This document shows, piece after piece, positions 17,655 to 26,281 of a DNA stretch of 32,000 nt; within the stretch, counting starts at the first letter, position 1, and every line of letters starts with the position of its first letter. The stretch comes from Corynebacterium glutamicum ATCC 13032. Lineage in GTDB: Bacteria; Actinomycetota; Actinomycetes; Mycobacteriales; Mycobacteriaceae. The stretch is from assembly GCF_000011325.1 (NCBI RefSeq), contig NC_003450.3, forward strand, positions 2,280,001-2,312,000, read 5' to 3'. Position numbers and translations under genes: made by a program. The notes under the pieces are model-generated. The model was given only the letters and a program-made list of their open reading frames with translations. It did not search any database and was not told where the DNA came from.

Positions 17655-17866
17655 TGTCTTCCTCTCCTTTCAATCCGCTCTAGCTTTGAAGGCCTAGAAA
17701 CCTTCGTTTCTTTTGTTAGCCCTCACTATATGGACAGGGGTGGACATCAAAATCGATTATTCGAACACATATTTGAATAATGGATTTTGGGGTGTAAACT
17801 ACTTCAGTTCGGCCGATTCCTGCATAGATTTCTGCGGAACACCCAACTCACATCACCACTTCTGGT

Positions 17867-18442
17867 TTGATGGGGAGCGTGTCACCGATCATTCGTAAAT
17901 TGAGTATCCCCGAGTTCACCACCAACACCCCAGTGTTGGTGGATATCTACATCGCAGCGATGAACTATGACAAAGCAATCAGGGATACCCGGATCGAAGT
18001 CTGGCGGAGAAACTCCCAGAACCCCGGATTCACAGCAGTGGCAGCGCTGATGGATGATCAGGTCGTGGGCGTGGCCTATGGCTTCAATGGCAGCCCAGAT
18101 CATTGGTGGCAACACCAATTACGCCGGGGACTCCGACAACAAGGAGGCCCGACGGAAGAGGAAATCCATATCATCCACAACTACTTTGAGGTTGCGGAAG
18201 TTCATGTTCAGCCTGGCTTCCAAGGTCACGGCATTGGCCGAAAGCTGATGCATGAACTGTTAAAAGACAAACAAAACACTTTTGCCATTTTGTCTACACC
18301 CGAGGTCGACGATGAGGCGAACCATGCGTTTAGCCTGTATCGCTCTCTCGGCTTCACTGACTTGCTCAGGCAGTTTAGGTTTGACGGGGATCAACGGCCG
18401 TTTGCCGTATTGATCACCGCCCTCCCCCTTCATGATTCCTAA
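17867..18442 (+). CDS. GNAT-family N-acetyltransferase (Rv2170-like)
   Basis: A 191 aa ORF with the acetyl-CoA-binding motif VQPGFQGHGIGRKLM (Q/RxxGxG/A). TTG at 17867 is immediately followed by ATG at 17870, and either could be the start. Confidence 0.85.
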   Translation: MMGSVSPIIRKLSIPEFTTNTPVLVDIYIAAMNYDKAIRDTRIEVWRRNSQNPGFTAVAALMDDQVVGVAYGFNGSPDHWWQHQLRRGLRQQGGPTEEEIHIIHNYFEVAEVHVQPGFQGHGIGRKLMHELLKDKQNTFAILSTPEVDDEANHAFSLYRSLGFTDLLRQFRFDGDQRPFAVLITALPLHDS

Positions 18443-18448
18443 GAGGGC

Positions 18449-19429
18449 TTAACGCACCGCGTCTTGGCCGTGCTCTGCTCCCCAAGCAGGCGCCATGCCA
18501 AGGTTGTACAACACTTCTTGGGTTGCACGGGTGAAGTTAAGCGTCATGAAGTGCAGATCTTCCGCACCTTCGGCAATGAGTCGCTCTGCCATATTGGTGG
18601 AATATTCAATGCCCACCTTGCGGATCTCGTCTTTGTTCGCTTCTTCATTGCCGTTTGCAGCTCGAACAAGTGATTCTTCTAGTTGGCTCGGCAATTGAGC
18701 ACCAGAGAGTTCGACCTGTCGACGCACAGACCGCAGGCTCGTAATGGGCATGATGCCAGGAATGATTGGCTTCGCACCATGAATGGGGTCTGCAGCGACA
18801 AGGCGATCACGAAGTCGCAGGTAGTCTTCCACATCAAAGAACATCTGCGTGATGGAGTACTCTGCCCCTCCACGCAGCTTCGCCAGAGTGTATTTGGTGT
18901 CTTCTTCTAGAGTTTTCGCCCGGAAATGCCCTTCGGGGAAGGAGGCGATACCGAGGTCGAATTCCCGGAACTCAGGAGTGGACTTAATAAGATCGATGAG
19001 CTCAGAGGCATAGTTCAGTCCTCCATCGGTGCTCACCCAATCGCCTAATGGGTCTCCAGGCGGATCTCCTCGAAGCGCCAACAGGTTTGTTAATCCCAGC
19101 TCTAGGTATTCCCGAAGAATTGCCTTCATCTCTTCGCGAGTGTGGTTAACCAGGGTCAGGTGCACCAGAGTGGTCAACGGTTGTTTCGCTAATCGTCGAG
19201 CAATACGTGAGGTTCTCTCACGGGTTGATCCGCCAGCACCATAAGTCACGGAGACAAACGATGCACCGAGGTCATGGAAGACCTCTGCTGCGCGGTAAAG
19301 ACGCTCTTCAGCTGCATCGTCGCGGGGTGGCATAAACTCGACAGAAAAAGGTACTCGGCCGGGTGAAGGACGCTTCAAAACGTCGCTAATTGCCCATTGA
19401 GATGAGGCTGGGATGTTCGTTAGGGACAT
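18449..19429 (-). CDS. metF: 5,10-methylenetetrahydrofolate reductase MetF
   Basis: There is clear similarity to the enterobacterial MetF blocks (FSVEFMPPR, FVSVTYGAGGS, ALRGDPP, ITQMFFDVEDYLRLRDR). The maximal ORF extends to a TTG at 19498 (349 aa). ATG at 19427-19429 (MSLTNIPASS..., 326 aa) is the more plausible start. Confidence 0.9.
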   Translation of the reverse strand: MSLTNIPASSQWAISDVLKRPSPGRVPFSVEFMPPRDDAAEERLYRAAEVFHDLGASFVSVTYGAGGSTRERTSRIARRLAKQPLTTLVHLTLVNHTREEMKAILREYLELGLTNLLALRGDPPGDPLGDWVSTDGGLNYASELIDLIKSTPEFREFDLGIASFPEGHFRAKTLEEDTKYTLAKLRGGAEYSITQMFFDVEDYLRLRDRLVAADPIHGAKPIIPGIMPITSLRSVRRQVELSGAQLPSQLEESLVRAANGNEEANKDEIRKVGIEYSTNMAERLIAEGAEDLHFMTLNFTRATQEVLYNLGMAPAWGAEHGQDAVR

Positions 19430-19524
19430 GCCTGGGTATCTTAGTGTGATGAGAGTGTTTTGTTGGGACTGCCTCTGGCATTTATTCACCTCCACCAAAA
19501 TTCAGCCCGCATCCCCCTATTCGA

Positions 19525-20640
19525 TTGAAGGACGTCTCCTTGAGCAGTTTCGATGCCCATGACCTTGACCTCGACAAATTTCCGGAGGTCGTGCGAGATC
19601 GTTTGACGCAGTTCCTCGATGCTCAAGAGCTAACAATTGCTGATATCGGCGCTCCTGTCACAGATGCTGTGGCCCATCTTCGCAGTTTCGTGCTCAATGG
19701 AGGAAAGCGAATCCGTCCTCTTTATGCGTGGGCTGGTTTCCTGGCGGCGCAAGGCCATAAGAATTCTTCTGAAAAACTTGAGTCCGTCCTTGACGCCGCA
19801 GCGAGTCTCGAATTCATCCAGGCTTGTGCCTTGATTCATGACGATATTATCGATTCTTCTGATACCCGGCGCGGAGCCCCCACAGTTCACCGGGCTGTGG
19901 AAGCTGATCACCGCGCCAATAATTTCGAAGGCGATCCCGAGCACTTTGGCGTTTCAGTCTCGATTTTGGCTGGCGATATGGCATTGGTGTGGGCAGAAGA
20001 CATGCTGCAGGATTCCGGTTTGAGTGCAGAGGCATTGGCCCGCACGAGGGATGCTTGGCGTGGCATGCGTACTGAGGTTATTGGCGGCCAGCTGCTTGAT
20101 ATTTATCTAGAGTCGCACGCCAACGAGTCGGTGGAGCTTGCGGATTCTGTCAACCGCTTCAAAACGGCCGCTTACACGATTGCGCGCCCATTGCACCTGG
20201 GCGCCTCCATTGCTGGCGGTTCGCCGCAGCTTATCGACGCGCTCCTCCACTACGGCCACGACATCGGCATTGCATTCCAGTTGAGGGATGATCTGCTTGG
20301 TGTGTTTGGGGATCCCGCTATCACCGGCAAACCAGCTGGAGACGATATCCGTGAAGGCAAGCGCACTGTTCTTCTTGCGCTCGCTCTACAACGCGCTGAT
20401 AAGCAATCTCCTGAAGCTGCAACGGCCATTCGCGCAGGTGTTGGAAAGGTGACTTCACCAGAAGATATTGCTGTCATTACAGAGCATATTCGAGCTACTG
20501 GTGCTGAAGAAGAAGTTGAGCAGCGAATTTCCCAGCTGACTGAATCCGGTTTGGCTCACCTCGATGATGTAGACATCCCCGATGAGGTGCGCGCACAGTT
20601 GCGGGCACTGGCTATCCGCTCAACCGAACGTCGGATGTAG
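19525..20640 (+). CDS. idsA: Polyprenyl (geranylgeranyl) diphosphate synthase
   Basis: A 371 aa trans-prenyltransferase with the first Asp-rich motif DDIIDSSDTRRG and the second DDLLGVFGD. It has a TTG start, is divergent from metF, and ends 9 nt before the next gene. The symbol comes from recall of the C. glutamicum locus. Confidence 0.88.
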   Translation: MKDVSLSSFDAHDLDLDKFPEVVRDRLTQFLDAQELTIADIGAPVTDAVAHLRSFVLNGGKRIRPLYAWAGFLAAQGHKNSSEKLESVLDAAASLEFIQACALIHDDIIDSSDTRRGAPTVHRAVEADHRANNFEGDPEHFGVSVSILAGDMALVWAEDMLQDSGLSAEALARTRDAWRGMRTEVIGGQLLDIYLESHANESVELADSVNRFKTAAYTIARPLHLGASIAGGSPQLIDALLHYGHDIGIAFQLRDDLLGVFGDPAITGKPAGDDIREGKRTVLLALALQRADKQSPEAATAIRAGVGKVTSPEDIAVITEHIRATGAEEEVEQRISQLTESGLAHLDDVDIPDEVRAQLRALAIRSTERRM

Positions 20641-20649
20641 TAGACGCGT

Positions 20650-22179
20650 ATGACACTTTTTCAACGTTTAACCAACCCTGTAGTGCTCGGCGGCCTAGCA
20701 GGTGTTTTGCTTCTGCTCGGCTCTTTCGGTGGCGGTGCCATTCGGTACCGTGGCGGAGTGCTCGATGCGTTGGGGCTTAACTTCCTTGCTTTTGGCCACG
20801 CGCAGGGTATTTCCAATACCGTGTTGTGGGTTGGGCAGCTGCTGCTGATTGGCGCGTGGGTTCACCTTGGACGTCGGTTGTTCAAGAAAAAAGTCGCTGA
20901 TGACACCGCAGACGCTGCTGACTTAGGTCTTGTAAAGCGCACGTTGTATGCCATGGTGGTGCCCCTCATTTTTGCGGCACCAATGATGTCGCGTGATGTT
21001 TATTCCTATCTCATGCAGGGCGCGATGCTGCGTGATGGCTTCGATCCCTACACTGAGGGCGCTGCGGTAAACCCTGGCCCCATGTTGCTTGAGGTCTCTC
21101 ATGATTGGCGCAACACCACGACGCCGTATGGTCCACTACACCTGTGGATTGGAGACATGATCACCACGGTTGTGGGCGATAATGTCACCTTGGGCGTCGT
21201 CGCTTACAAGATCTTGTCGATCATTGGCCTTGCTGTGACAGGCTGGAGCATTGTCCGCATTGCACAACATTTTGGAGCCAACCCAGCAATTGCATTGTGG
21301 ATTGGTGTGGCCAATCCTGTGATGATCATCCACATGATCGGCGGCATGCACAATGAATCCCTCATGGTGGGATTGGTCAGCGTCGGCTTGTTGCTAGCAC
21401 TGAAGAAGCGTTTCGTGGCAGGTGTGGCACTCATTGCAGTGGCTGTGTCGCTGAAAGCTACAGCGGCGATTGCACTTCCTTTTGTGGTGTGGATCGGCAT
21501 GCATCATTTCGCAGGATTCTTAGCCACCAAAAAGGGCAAAGACTCCCCTACCCTTAAGCAACAGGTCCCCGCGTTCTTTGCCACTGGAGCTGCAGGTGTT
21601 GCTGTCACTGGTGTTGTTGTCAGTGCGATCACTTGGGCGTCTGGCGCTTCGTGGGGCTGGATCAGTGAGATCAGTGGCAACAGCAAGGTAATCAACCCGC
21701 TGGCTTTCCCTTCTTTGGTGGCCAGTGTGATCACCATGGTGGCTGAAGTGTTCGTTGACGATTTCGACTACAACGCAGTGGTTAATGTTGTGCGCTCAAT
21801 CTCCATGCTGATCATGCTTGGCGGGTTGGTCGTATGTTGGTGGCTGTTCCGCCAGAACGAACGCAGGGCGGTCACTGGTACAGCAGCGGCTTATGCCGTG
21901 GCTTTTGTGTTCAATTCTGTGACCTTGCCGTGGTACTACGCCAGCTTGATCTCTTTGCTCGGCACATTTAAACCACCGATGTGGTTGATTCGCTTCGCAG
22001 CGGGTGCTTCGGTGTTTATCGCGCTGATGTTTACCGGAAGTGGAAACCACCAGCTGTACAACATCGTTACGGTGATCATCGCAGCAATTATCGCGTGGCT
22101 TGCCACCGTGGTGATCTTTGATGACACTGACCCTGCAACAACGGCCACGGAGAAACCCTCCCCGCATACCGTTTCCTAG
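20650..22179 (+). CDS. mptA: Polyprenol-phosphate-mannose-dependent alpha-(1->6)-mannosyltransferase (MptA/Rv2174 family, GT-C)
   Basis: A 509 aa polytopic membrane protein. The first-loop motif SRDVYSYLMQGAMLRDGFDPYT is typical of the MptA/MptB family. Its position after idsA and before the Rv2175c-like/pknL pair matches the mycobacterial and corynebacterial mptA locus, by recall. Confidence 0.8.
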   Translation: MTLFQRLTNPVVLGGLAGVLLLLGSFGGGAIRYRGGVLDALGLNFLAFGHAQGISNTVLWVGQLLLIGAWVHLGRRLFKKKVADDTADAADLGLVKRTLYAMVVPLIFAAPMMSRDVYSYLMQGAMLRDGFDPYTEGAAVNPGPMLLEVSHDWRNTTTPYGPLHLWIGDMITTVVGDNVTLGVVAYKILSIIGLAVTGWSIVRIAQHFGANPAIALWIGVANPVMIIHMIGGMHNESLMVGLVSVGLLLALKKRFVAGVALIAVAVSLKATAAIALPFVVWIGMHHFAGFLATKKGKDSPTLKQQVPAFFATGAAGVAVTGVVVSAITWASGASWGWISEISGNSKVINPLAFPSLVASVITMVAEVFVDDFDYNAVVNVVRSISMLIMLGGLVVCWWLFRQNERRAVTGTAAAYAVAFVFNSVTLPWYYASLISLLGTFKPPMWLIRFAAGASVFIALMFTGSGNHQLYNIVTVIIAAIIAWLATVVIFDDTDPATTATEKPSPHTVS

Positions 22180-22191
22180 TTGCATAAGGTA

Positions 22192-22230
22192 AACCGCCAC
22201 CCCACTAACAAAATGGGATGGCGGTTTTTT
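22192..22230 (+). terminator. Rho-independent terminator after mptA
   Basis: ACCGCCACCC (22193-22202) pairs with GGGATGGCGGT (22215-22225), with one bulged A and a 12 nt loop. It is followed by TTTTT (to 22230). It lies between convergent genes. Confidence 0.62.
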
Positions 22231-22248
22231 AGATCTTTTAGAAAGCGC

Positions 22249-22620
22249 TTAGAACGCCATTGCTTGAGCGCGTCGCATAACTTCACGAGCCAACTGGCCA
22301 TGAAGTGCATCGATGGGGCGACCAGGAAGGGTCTCGTCTTCGGTAAACAGGAACGCGAGGATTTCCTCGTCGCTGAAGCCACCGTCGGCAAGCAAGGCAA
22401 TAACTCCAGGGATGAAACGGTTGGTGTTTTCCTTCTTGGTGCTCAGGAAAGCTTCTGGAATGTAGCGAATACCGTCGCGCCGGACCACGATCAATTTGTG
22501 TTCATTGACCAGATCCATCACCTTGGTGACAACAACGCCGAGGCGCTCGGCTGTCTCCGGAAGGGTCAGCAATGGTTCATTGTCGGGCAGGGCGAAGGAA
22601 GATTCATTGTTGGAACTCAC
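22249..22620 (-). CDS. Rv2175c-like winged-helix DNA-binding protein
   Basis: A 123 aa ORF. LTLPETAERLGVVVTKVMDLVNEHKLIVVRRDG resembles the excisionase/MerR-like HTH of the Rv2175c family. It is divergent from pknL, as in mycobacteria. The GTG start is uncertain. Confidence 0.72.
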   Translation of the reverse strand: MSSNNESSFALPDNEPLLTLPETAERLGVVVTKVMDLVNEHKLIVVRRDGIRYIPEAFLSTKKENTNRFIPGVIALLADGGFSDEEILAFLFTEDETLPGRPIDALHGQLAREVMRRAQAMAF

Positions 22621-22761
22621 AGTCTTAATTTAGCTGGTTCGAGCTCTAATGGAGAATCTTTAGGGTATTTCTGCGCGTGCCGGGAATGAAAGCACCTTCT
22701 TGACCTTTGAAAACAGGATGTCACTACCACTTTTTGTGTACCTTCCGACATACTGGAACGC

Positions 22762-24984
22762 ATGGCAAACTTGAAGGTCGGTGACGTTTTAGAGGACAGG
22801 TATCGGATTGAAACTCCGATTGCCCGGGGTGGTATGTCTACCGTGTACAGGTGCCTTGATCTTCGTTTAGGACGTTCCATGGCGCTTAAAGTCATGGAAG
22901 AAGATTTCGTTGATGATCCCATTTTCCGGCAGCGTTTCCGTAGGGAAGCTCGGTCAATGGCGCAGCTAAATCATCCAAATTTGGTCAATGTGTATGATTT
23001 TTCCGCTACTGACGGTTTGGTGTATCTGGTGATGGAGTTAATCACTGGTGGCACCTTGCGTGAGTTGCTGGCTGAGCGGGGACCTATGCCCCCGCATGCT
23101 GCTGTGGGCGTTATGCGTGGGGTGCTCACGGGTCTCGCGGCTGCCCACCGGGCGGGCATGGTGCACCGGGATATCAAGCCTGACAACGTGTTGATCAATA
23201 GTGATCACCAGGTGAAACTGTCTGATTTCGGCTTGGTTCGAGCGGCTCACGCCGGCCAGTCTCAGGACAATCAGATTGTGGGCACGGTGGCTTATCTTTC
23301 CCCTGAGCAGGTTGAGGGCGGTGAGATCGGGCCGGCCAGCGACGTGTATTCGGCAGGCATTGTGCTCTTTGAGCTGCTCACAGGCACCACGCCTTTTTCG
23401 GGCGAGGATGATCTCGACCATGCATACGCCCGCCTTACGGAAGTCGTGCCGGCACCGAGTTCGCTTATCGACGGCGTCCCCTCCCTCATCGATGAGCTTG
23501 TCGCGACAGCTACCTCCATTAATCCTGAGGATCGTTTCGATGATTCTGGAGAGTTTTTGTCCGCACTGGAAGATGTCGCAACAGAGTTGAGCTTGCCGGC
23601 TTTCCGGGTCCCTGTGCCGGTTAATTCCGCAGCCAATAGGGCTAATGCCCAGGTCCCGGATGCTCAGCCAACTGATATGTTTACCACCCATATCCCCAAG
23701 ACTCCTGAGCCTGATCACACTGCGATCATTCCGGTGGCCTCAGCAAATGAGACGTCGATTCTGCCTGCGCAAAACATGGCACAAAATATGGCGCAGAATC
23801 CGCTGCAACCTCCGGAACCTGATTTCGCCCCGGAGCCACCTCCGGACACAGCGCTGAATATTCAAGATCAAGAGCTTGCGCGCGCCGATGAGCCAGAAAT
23901 TAATACCGTCAGCAATCGTTCCAAATTGAAGCTGACGTTGTGGTCAATTTTCGTGGTCGCAGTGATCGCTGCTGTTGCTGTTGGCGGTTGGTGGTTCGGT
24001 TCAGGCCGTTACGGTGAGATTCCGCAGGTGTTGGGCATGGATGAGGTCCAGGCAGTAGCTGTTGTAGAGGAAGCTGGTTTCGTGGCAGTGGCTGAACCTC
24101 AGTATGACAATGAGGTTCCCACTGGTTCGATTATTGGGACTGAACCTTCTTTTGGTGAGCGCCTTCCTCGCGGCGAGGATGTTTCTGTCCTCGTCTCTCA
24201 AGGGCGTCCCGTGGTGCCGGATCTTAGCGAGGATCGATCCTTAAGCACCGTTCGTGAAGAGTTGGAACAGCGCACGTTCGTCTGGGTTGATGGCCCAGGT
24301 GAATATTCTGACGATGTTCCAGAAGGACAAGTAGTTTCTTTTACACCGTCGTCAGGCACGCAGCTTGATGTTGGTGAAACCGTGCAGATCCATTTGAGCC
24401 GAGGCCCCGCCCCGGTTGAGATTCCTGATGTCTCTGGCATGGGAGTGGATCAGGCAACACGTGTGTTGGAGCGCGCAGGTTTGAGCGTCGAGCGTACTGA
24501 AGAAGGCTTTGATGCTGAGACACCAAATGGTGATGTCTACGGGACTTCGCCCAAGGTATCTACTGAGGTCAAGCGCGGAACCTCTGTTGTGCTGCAGGTG
24601 TCCAATGCTATTTCGGTACCGGATGTGGTGGGTATGACCAAGGACGAAGCCACCGCGGCGCTTGCGGAAGAAGGATTGGTCGTGGCGTCGACAAGCATTA
24701 TTCCTGGTGAGGCGGCGAGCTCCGCTGACGCCGTCGTGACCGTCGAGCCTGAATCCGGCAGCCGCGTTGATCCAGCGCATCCGCAGGTCAGCCTCGGGTT
24801 AGCTGGGGAGATTCAAGTTCCAAGCGTGGTTGGACGTAAGGTTAGCGATGCTCGAAGCATTCTGGAAGAAGCCGGTTTAACGCTGACAACTGATGCGGAC
24901 GACAACGATCGAATTTATAGTCAAACCCCTCGTGCACGCAGCGAAGTCTCGGTAGGGGGAGAAGTTACAGTAAGGGCGTTTTAG
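22762..24984 (+). CDS. pknL: Transmembrane Ser/Thr protein kinase with five extracellular PASTA repeats
   Basis: A 740 aa ORF with Hanks kinase motifs (ALKVM Lys, HRDIKPDN, DFG, SPE) and the TM helix LTLWSIFVVAVIAAVAVGGWWF. Five repeats of about 65 aa follow, each with the PASTA-like pattern (xVPDVxGxxxxxAxxxLxxxGL...). The symbol is assigned by synteny with Rv2175c/Rv2176. Confidence 0.9.
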   Translation: MANLKVGDVLEDRYRIETPIARGGMSTVYRCLDLRLGRSMALKVMEEDFVDDPIFRQRFRREARSMAQLNHPNLVNVYDFSATDGLVYLVMELITGGTLRELLAERGPMPPHAAVGVMRGVLTGLAAAHRAGMVHRDIKPDNVLINSDHQVKLSDFGLVRAAHAGQSQDNQIVGTVAYLSPEQVEGGEIGPASDVYSAGIVLFELLTGTTPFSGEDDLDHAYARLTEVVPAPSSLIDGVPSLIDELVATATSINPEDRFDDSGEFLSALEDVATELSLPAFRVPVPVNSAANRANAQVPDAQPTDMFTTHIPKTPEPDHTAIIPVASANETSILPAQNMAQNMAQNPLQPPEPDFAPEPPPDTALNIQDQELARADEPEINTVSNRSKLKLTLWSIFVVAVIAAVAVGGWWFGSGRYGEIPQVLGMDEVQAVAVVEEAGFVAVAEPQYDNEVPTGSIIGTEPSFGERLPRGEDVSVLVSQGRPVVPDLSEDRSLSTVREELEQRTFVWVDGPGEYSDDVPEGQVVSFTPSSGTQLDVGETVQIHLSRGPAPVEIPDVSGMGVDQATRVLERAGLSVERTEEGFDAETPNGDVYGTSPKVSTEVKRGTSVVLQVSNAISVPDVVGMTKDEATAALAEEGLVVASTSIIPGEAASSADAVVTVEPESGSRVDPAHPQVSLGLAGEIQVPSVVGRKVSDARSILEEAGLTLTTDADDNDRIYSQTPRARSEVSVGGEVTVRAF

Positions 24985-26222
24985 TGGTTCCCTCGTTGCA
25001 GCAATGGCGAAAACCTGCTCTCATCCTGGCCATTTTGACGGTGCTAGGCGTACTCCTGACCCATTGGTTCGCCTGGCCACTCACCTGGCCGCTGGGGCTG
25101 CGTCTTCCCGTTGATGTAGAGGTGTACTGGCAGGGTGCGCGCGAGTTTTGGCTCGCCGATGATCTCTACGACATCAGGTATGACACCACTTTCGACAACT
25201 TGCCGTTCACCTATCCCCCTTTCGGTGCGTTGGTGTTCACCCCATTGTGGTGGATTCATGACCTCTTTGGTCTTCTCGTCACCGAACGTGTCTTCGCGCT
25301 AATCACGCTGCTCACCACCTACGCTGTGGCAGTTTTCCTGCTCCGCCTGGCCGGCGTGCGCGATCGTGTGTGGGAATTCGTCGCATTCGCAGCCCTGCTC
25401 GTGTCCGCGCCGGTGTATTTCACACTCAATATTGGGCAAATAAACGTCATGCTCATGGCTTTAACGCTTTTCGACGTCGCCCTCCCCCGCAGCACGCGCC
25501 ATTCAGGCGTGCTCAAATACGTGCCACTCGGCGTACTCACCGGCATTGCCGCTGCGATCAAACTAACCCCACTAGTGTTCGGGCTGTATTTCCTCATCCT
25601 GTGGGTCGTGACTAAATCACCACGCGGACTGTTTGGAATGATTGGTGGCTTCCTCGGGGCATCCGGGCTTGCAATTATTTTCCGACCATCCATTAGCATC
25701 CAATATTTCACCGACGTGCTGTTTACCGCAGAACGCATCGGCGACCTCCACTTCGCACGCAATGTCTCCATCCGTGCGGTTTTGGAACGACTCCCCGAAC
25801 TTGGTTCCGCAGCATCTATCATGTGGCTTGTTGCTGTGGCGCTAGTGATCATCGCAGTCGCAGTTGCTGCTTACCGAATCCTGCGGACGGATCTCTCCGC
25901 GCACAATCGTCTGCTGGCTGTTTCCCTCGTGTCGCTCGTTGCACTGTTGTGCTCCCCCGTCAGTTGGTACCACCACTGGGTGTGGCTTGGTCCGTTAATC
26001 GTCGCTCTCTGGCTAACTCAACACCGCTGGCTGGCTCTATGGGGCGCATTCGCCGTGACATTCGGATCATTCCACAATTTCCTACCCTCAGAAAACAATA
26101 TGGAGCTCACCTGGCCGTGGTGGATGCATGTCCTCGCAGCACATTATTTGATCTTCTCCGCAGTGGTTACTGCCGTATTTAGTTGTGGGAAAATGCCCCA
26201 AAAAACAGAGCTTTCCCACTAA
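24984..26222 (+). CDS. GT87 (DUF2029) family polyprenol-phosphate-mannose-dependent mannosyltransferase, paralogue 1
   Basis: A 412 aa polytopic protein with family blocks DVEVYWQGA, LPFTYPPFGALVF, GQINVMLMALTLFD, AAAIKLTPLVFGLYF and SPVSWYHHWVW. Its GTG start overlaps the pknL TAG as TAGTG. Confidence 0.85.
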   Translation: MVPSLQQWRKPALILAILTVLGVLLTHWFAWPLTWPLGLRLPVDVEVYWQGAREFWLADDLYDIRYDTTFDNLPFTYPPFGALVFTPLWWIHDLFGLLVTERVFALITLLTTYAVAVFLLRLAGVRDRVWEFVAFAALLVSAPVYFTLNIGQINVMLMALTLFDVALPRSTRHSGVLKYVPLGVLTGIAAAIKLTPLVFGLYFLILWVVTKSPRGLFGMIGGFLGASGLAIIFRPSISIQYFTDVLFTAERIGDLHFARNVSIRAVLERLPELGSAASIMWLVAVALVIIAVAVAAYRILRTDLSAHNRLLAVSLVSLVALLCSPVSWYHHWVWLGPLIVALWLTQHRWLALWGAFAVTFGSFHNFLPSENNMELTWPWWMHVLAAHYLIFSAVVTAVFSCGKMPQKTELSH

Positions 26223-26281
26223 TCGATCAGGAGTATCACATCTCCATGATTTAAGATTAAAACTTTGTCTAAACACGAACG

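Noticed and set aside
18449-19498. The idea that this metF is a non-canonical, flavin-independent MTHFR, as reported for some mycobacterial enzymes
   Set aside because: The translation aligns block for block with classical E. coli-type MetF (FSVEFMPPR, VSVTYGAGGS, ALRGD, ITQMFFDVE). I cannot support an atypical enzyme from the sequence. The 23-codon TTG-initiated N-terminal extension of the track ORF is also probably not real.
23038-23718. A 226 aa minus-strand ORF opposite the pknL kinase domain
   Set aside because: It is antisense to a region carrying all the Hanks kinase motifs, and its translation has no recognisable fold or signal.
23767-23799. Imperfect 12 nt tandem repeat encoding AQNM-AQNM-AQN in the PknL juxtamembrane linker
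   Set aside because: It has only 2.75 units, and synonymous differences between the units indicate it is old. It lies in a disordered linker. It is neither a CRISPR or VNTR-type array nor obviously functional.
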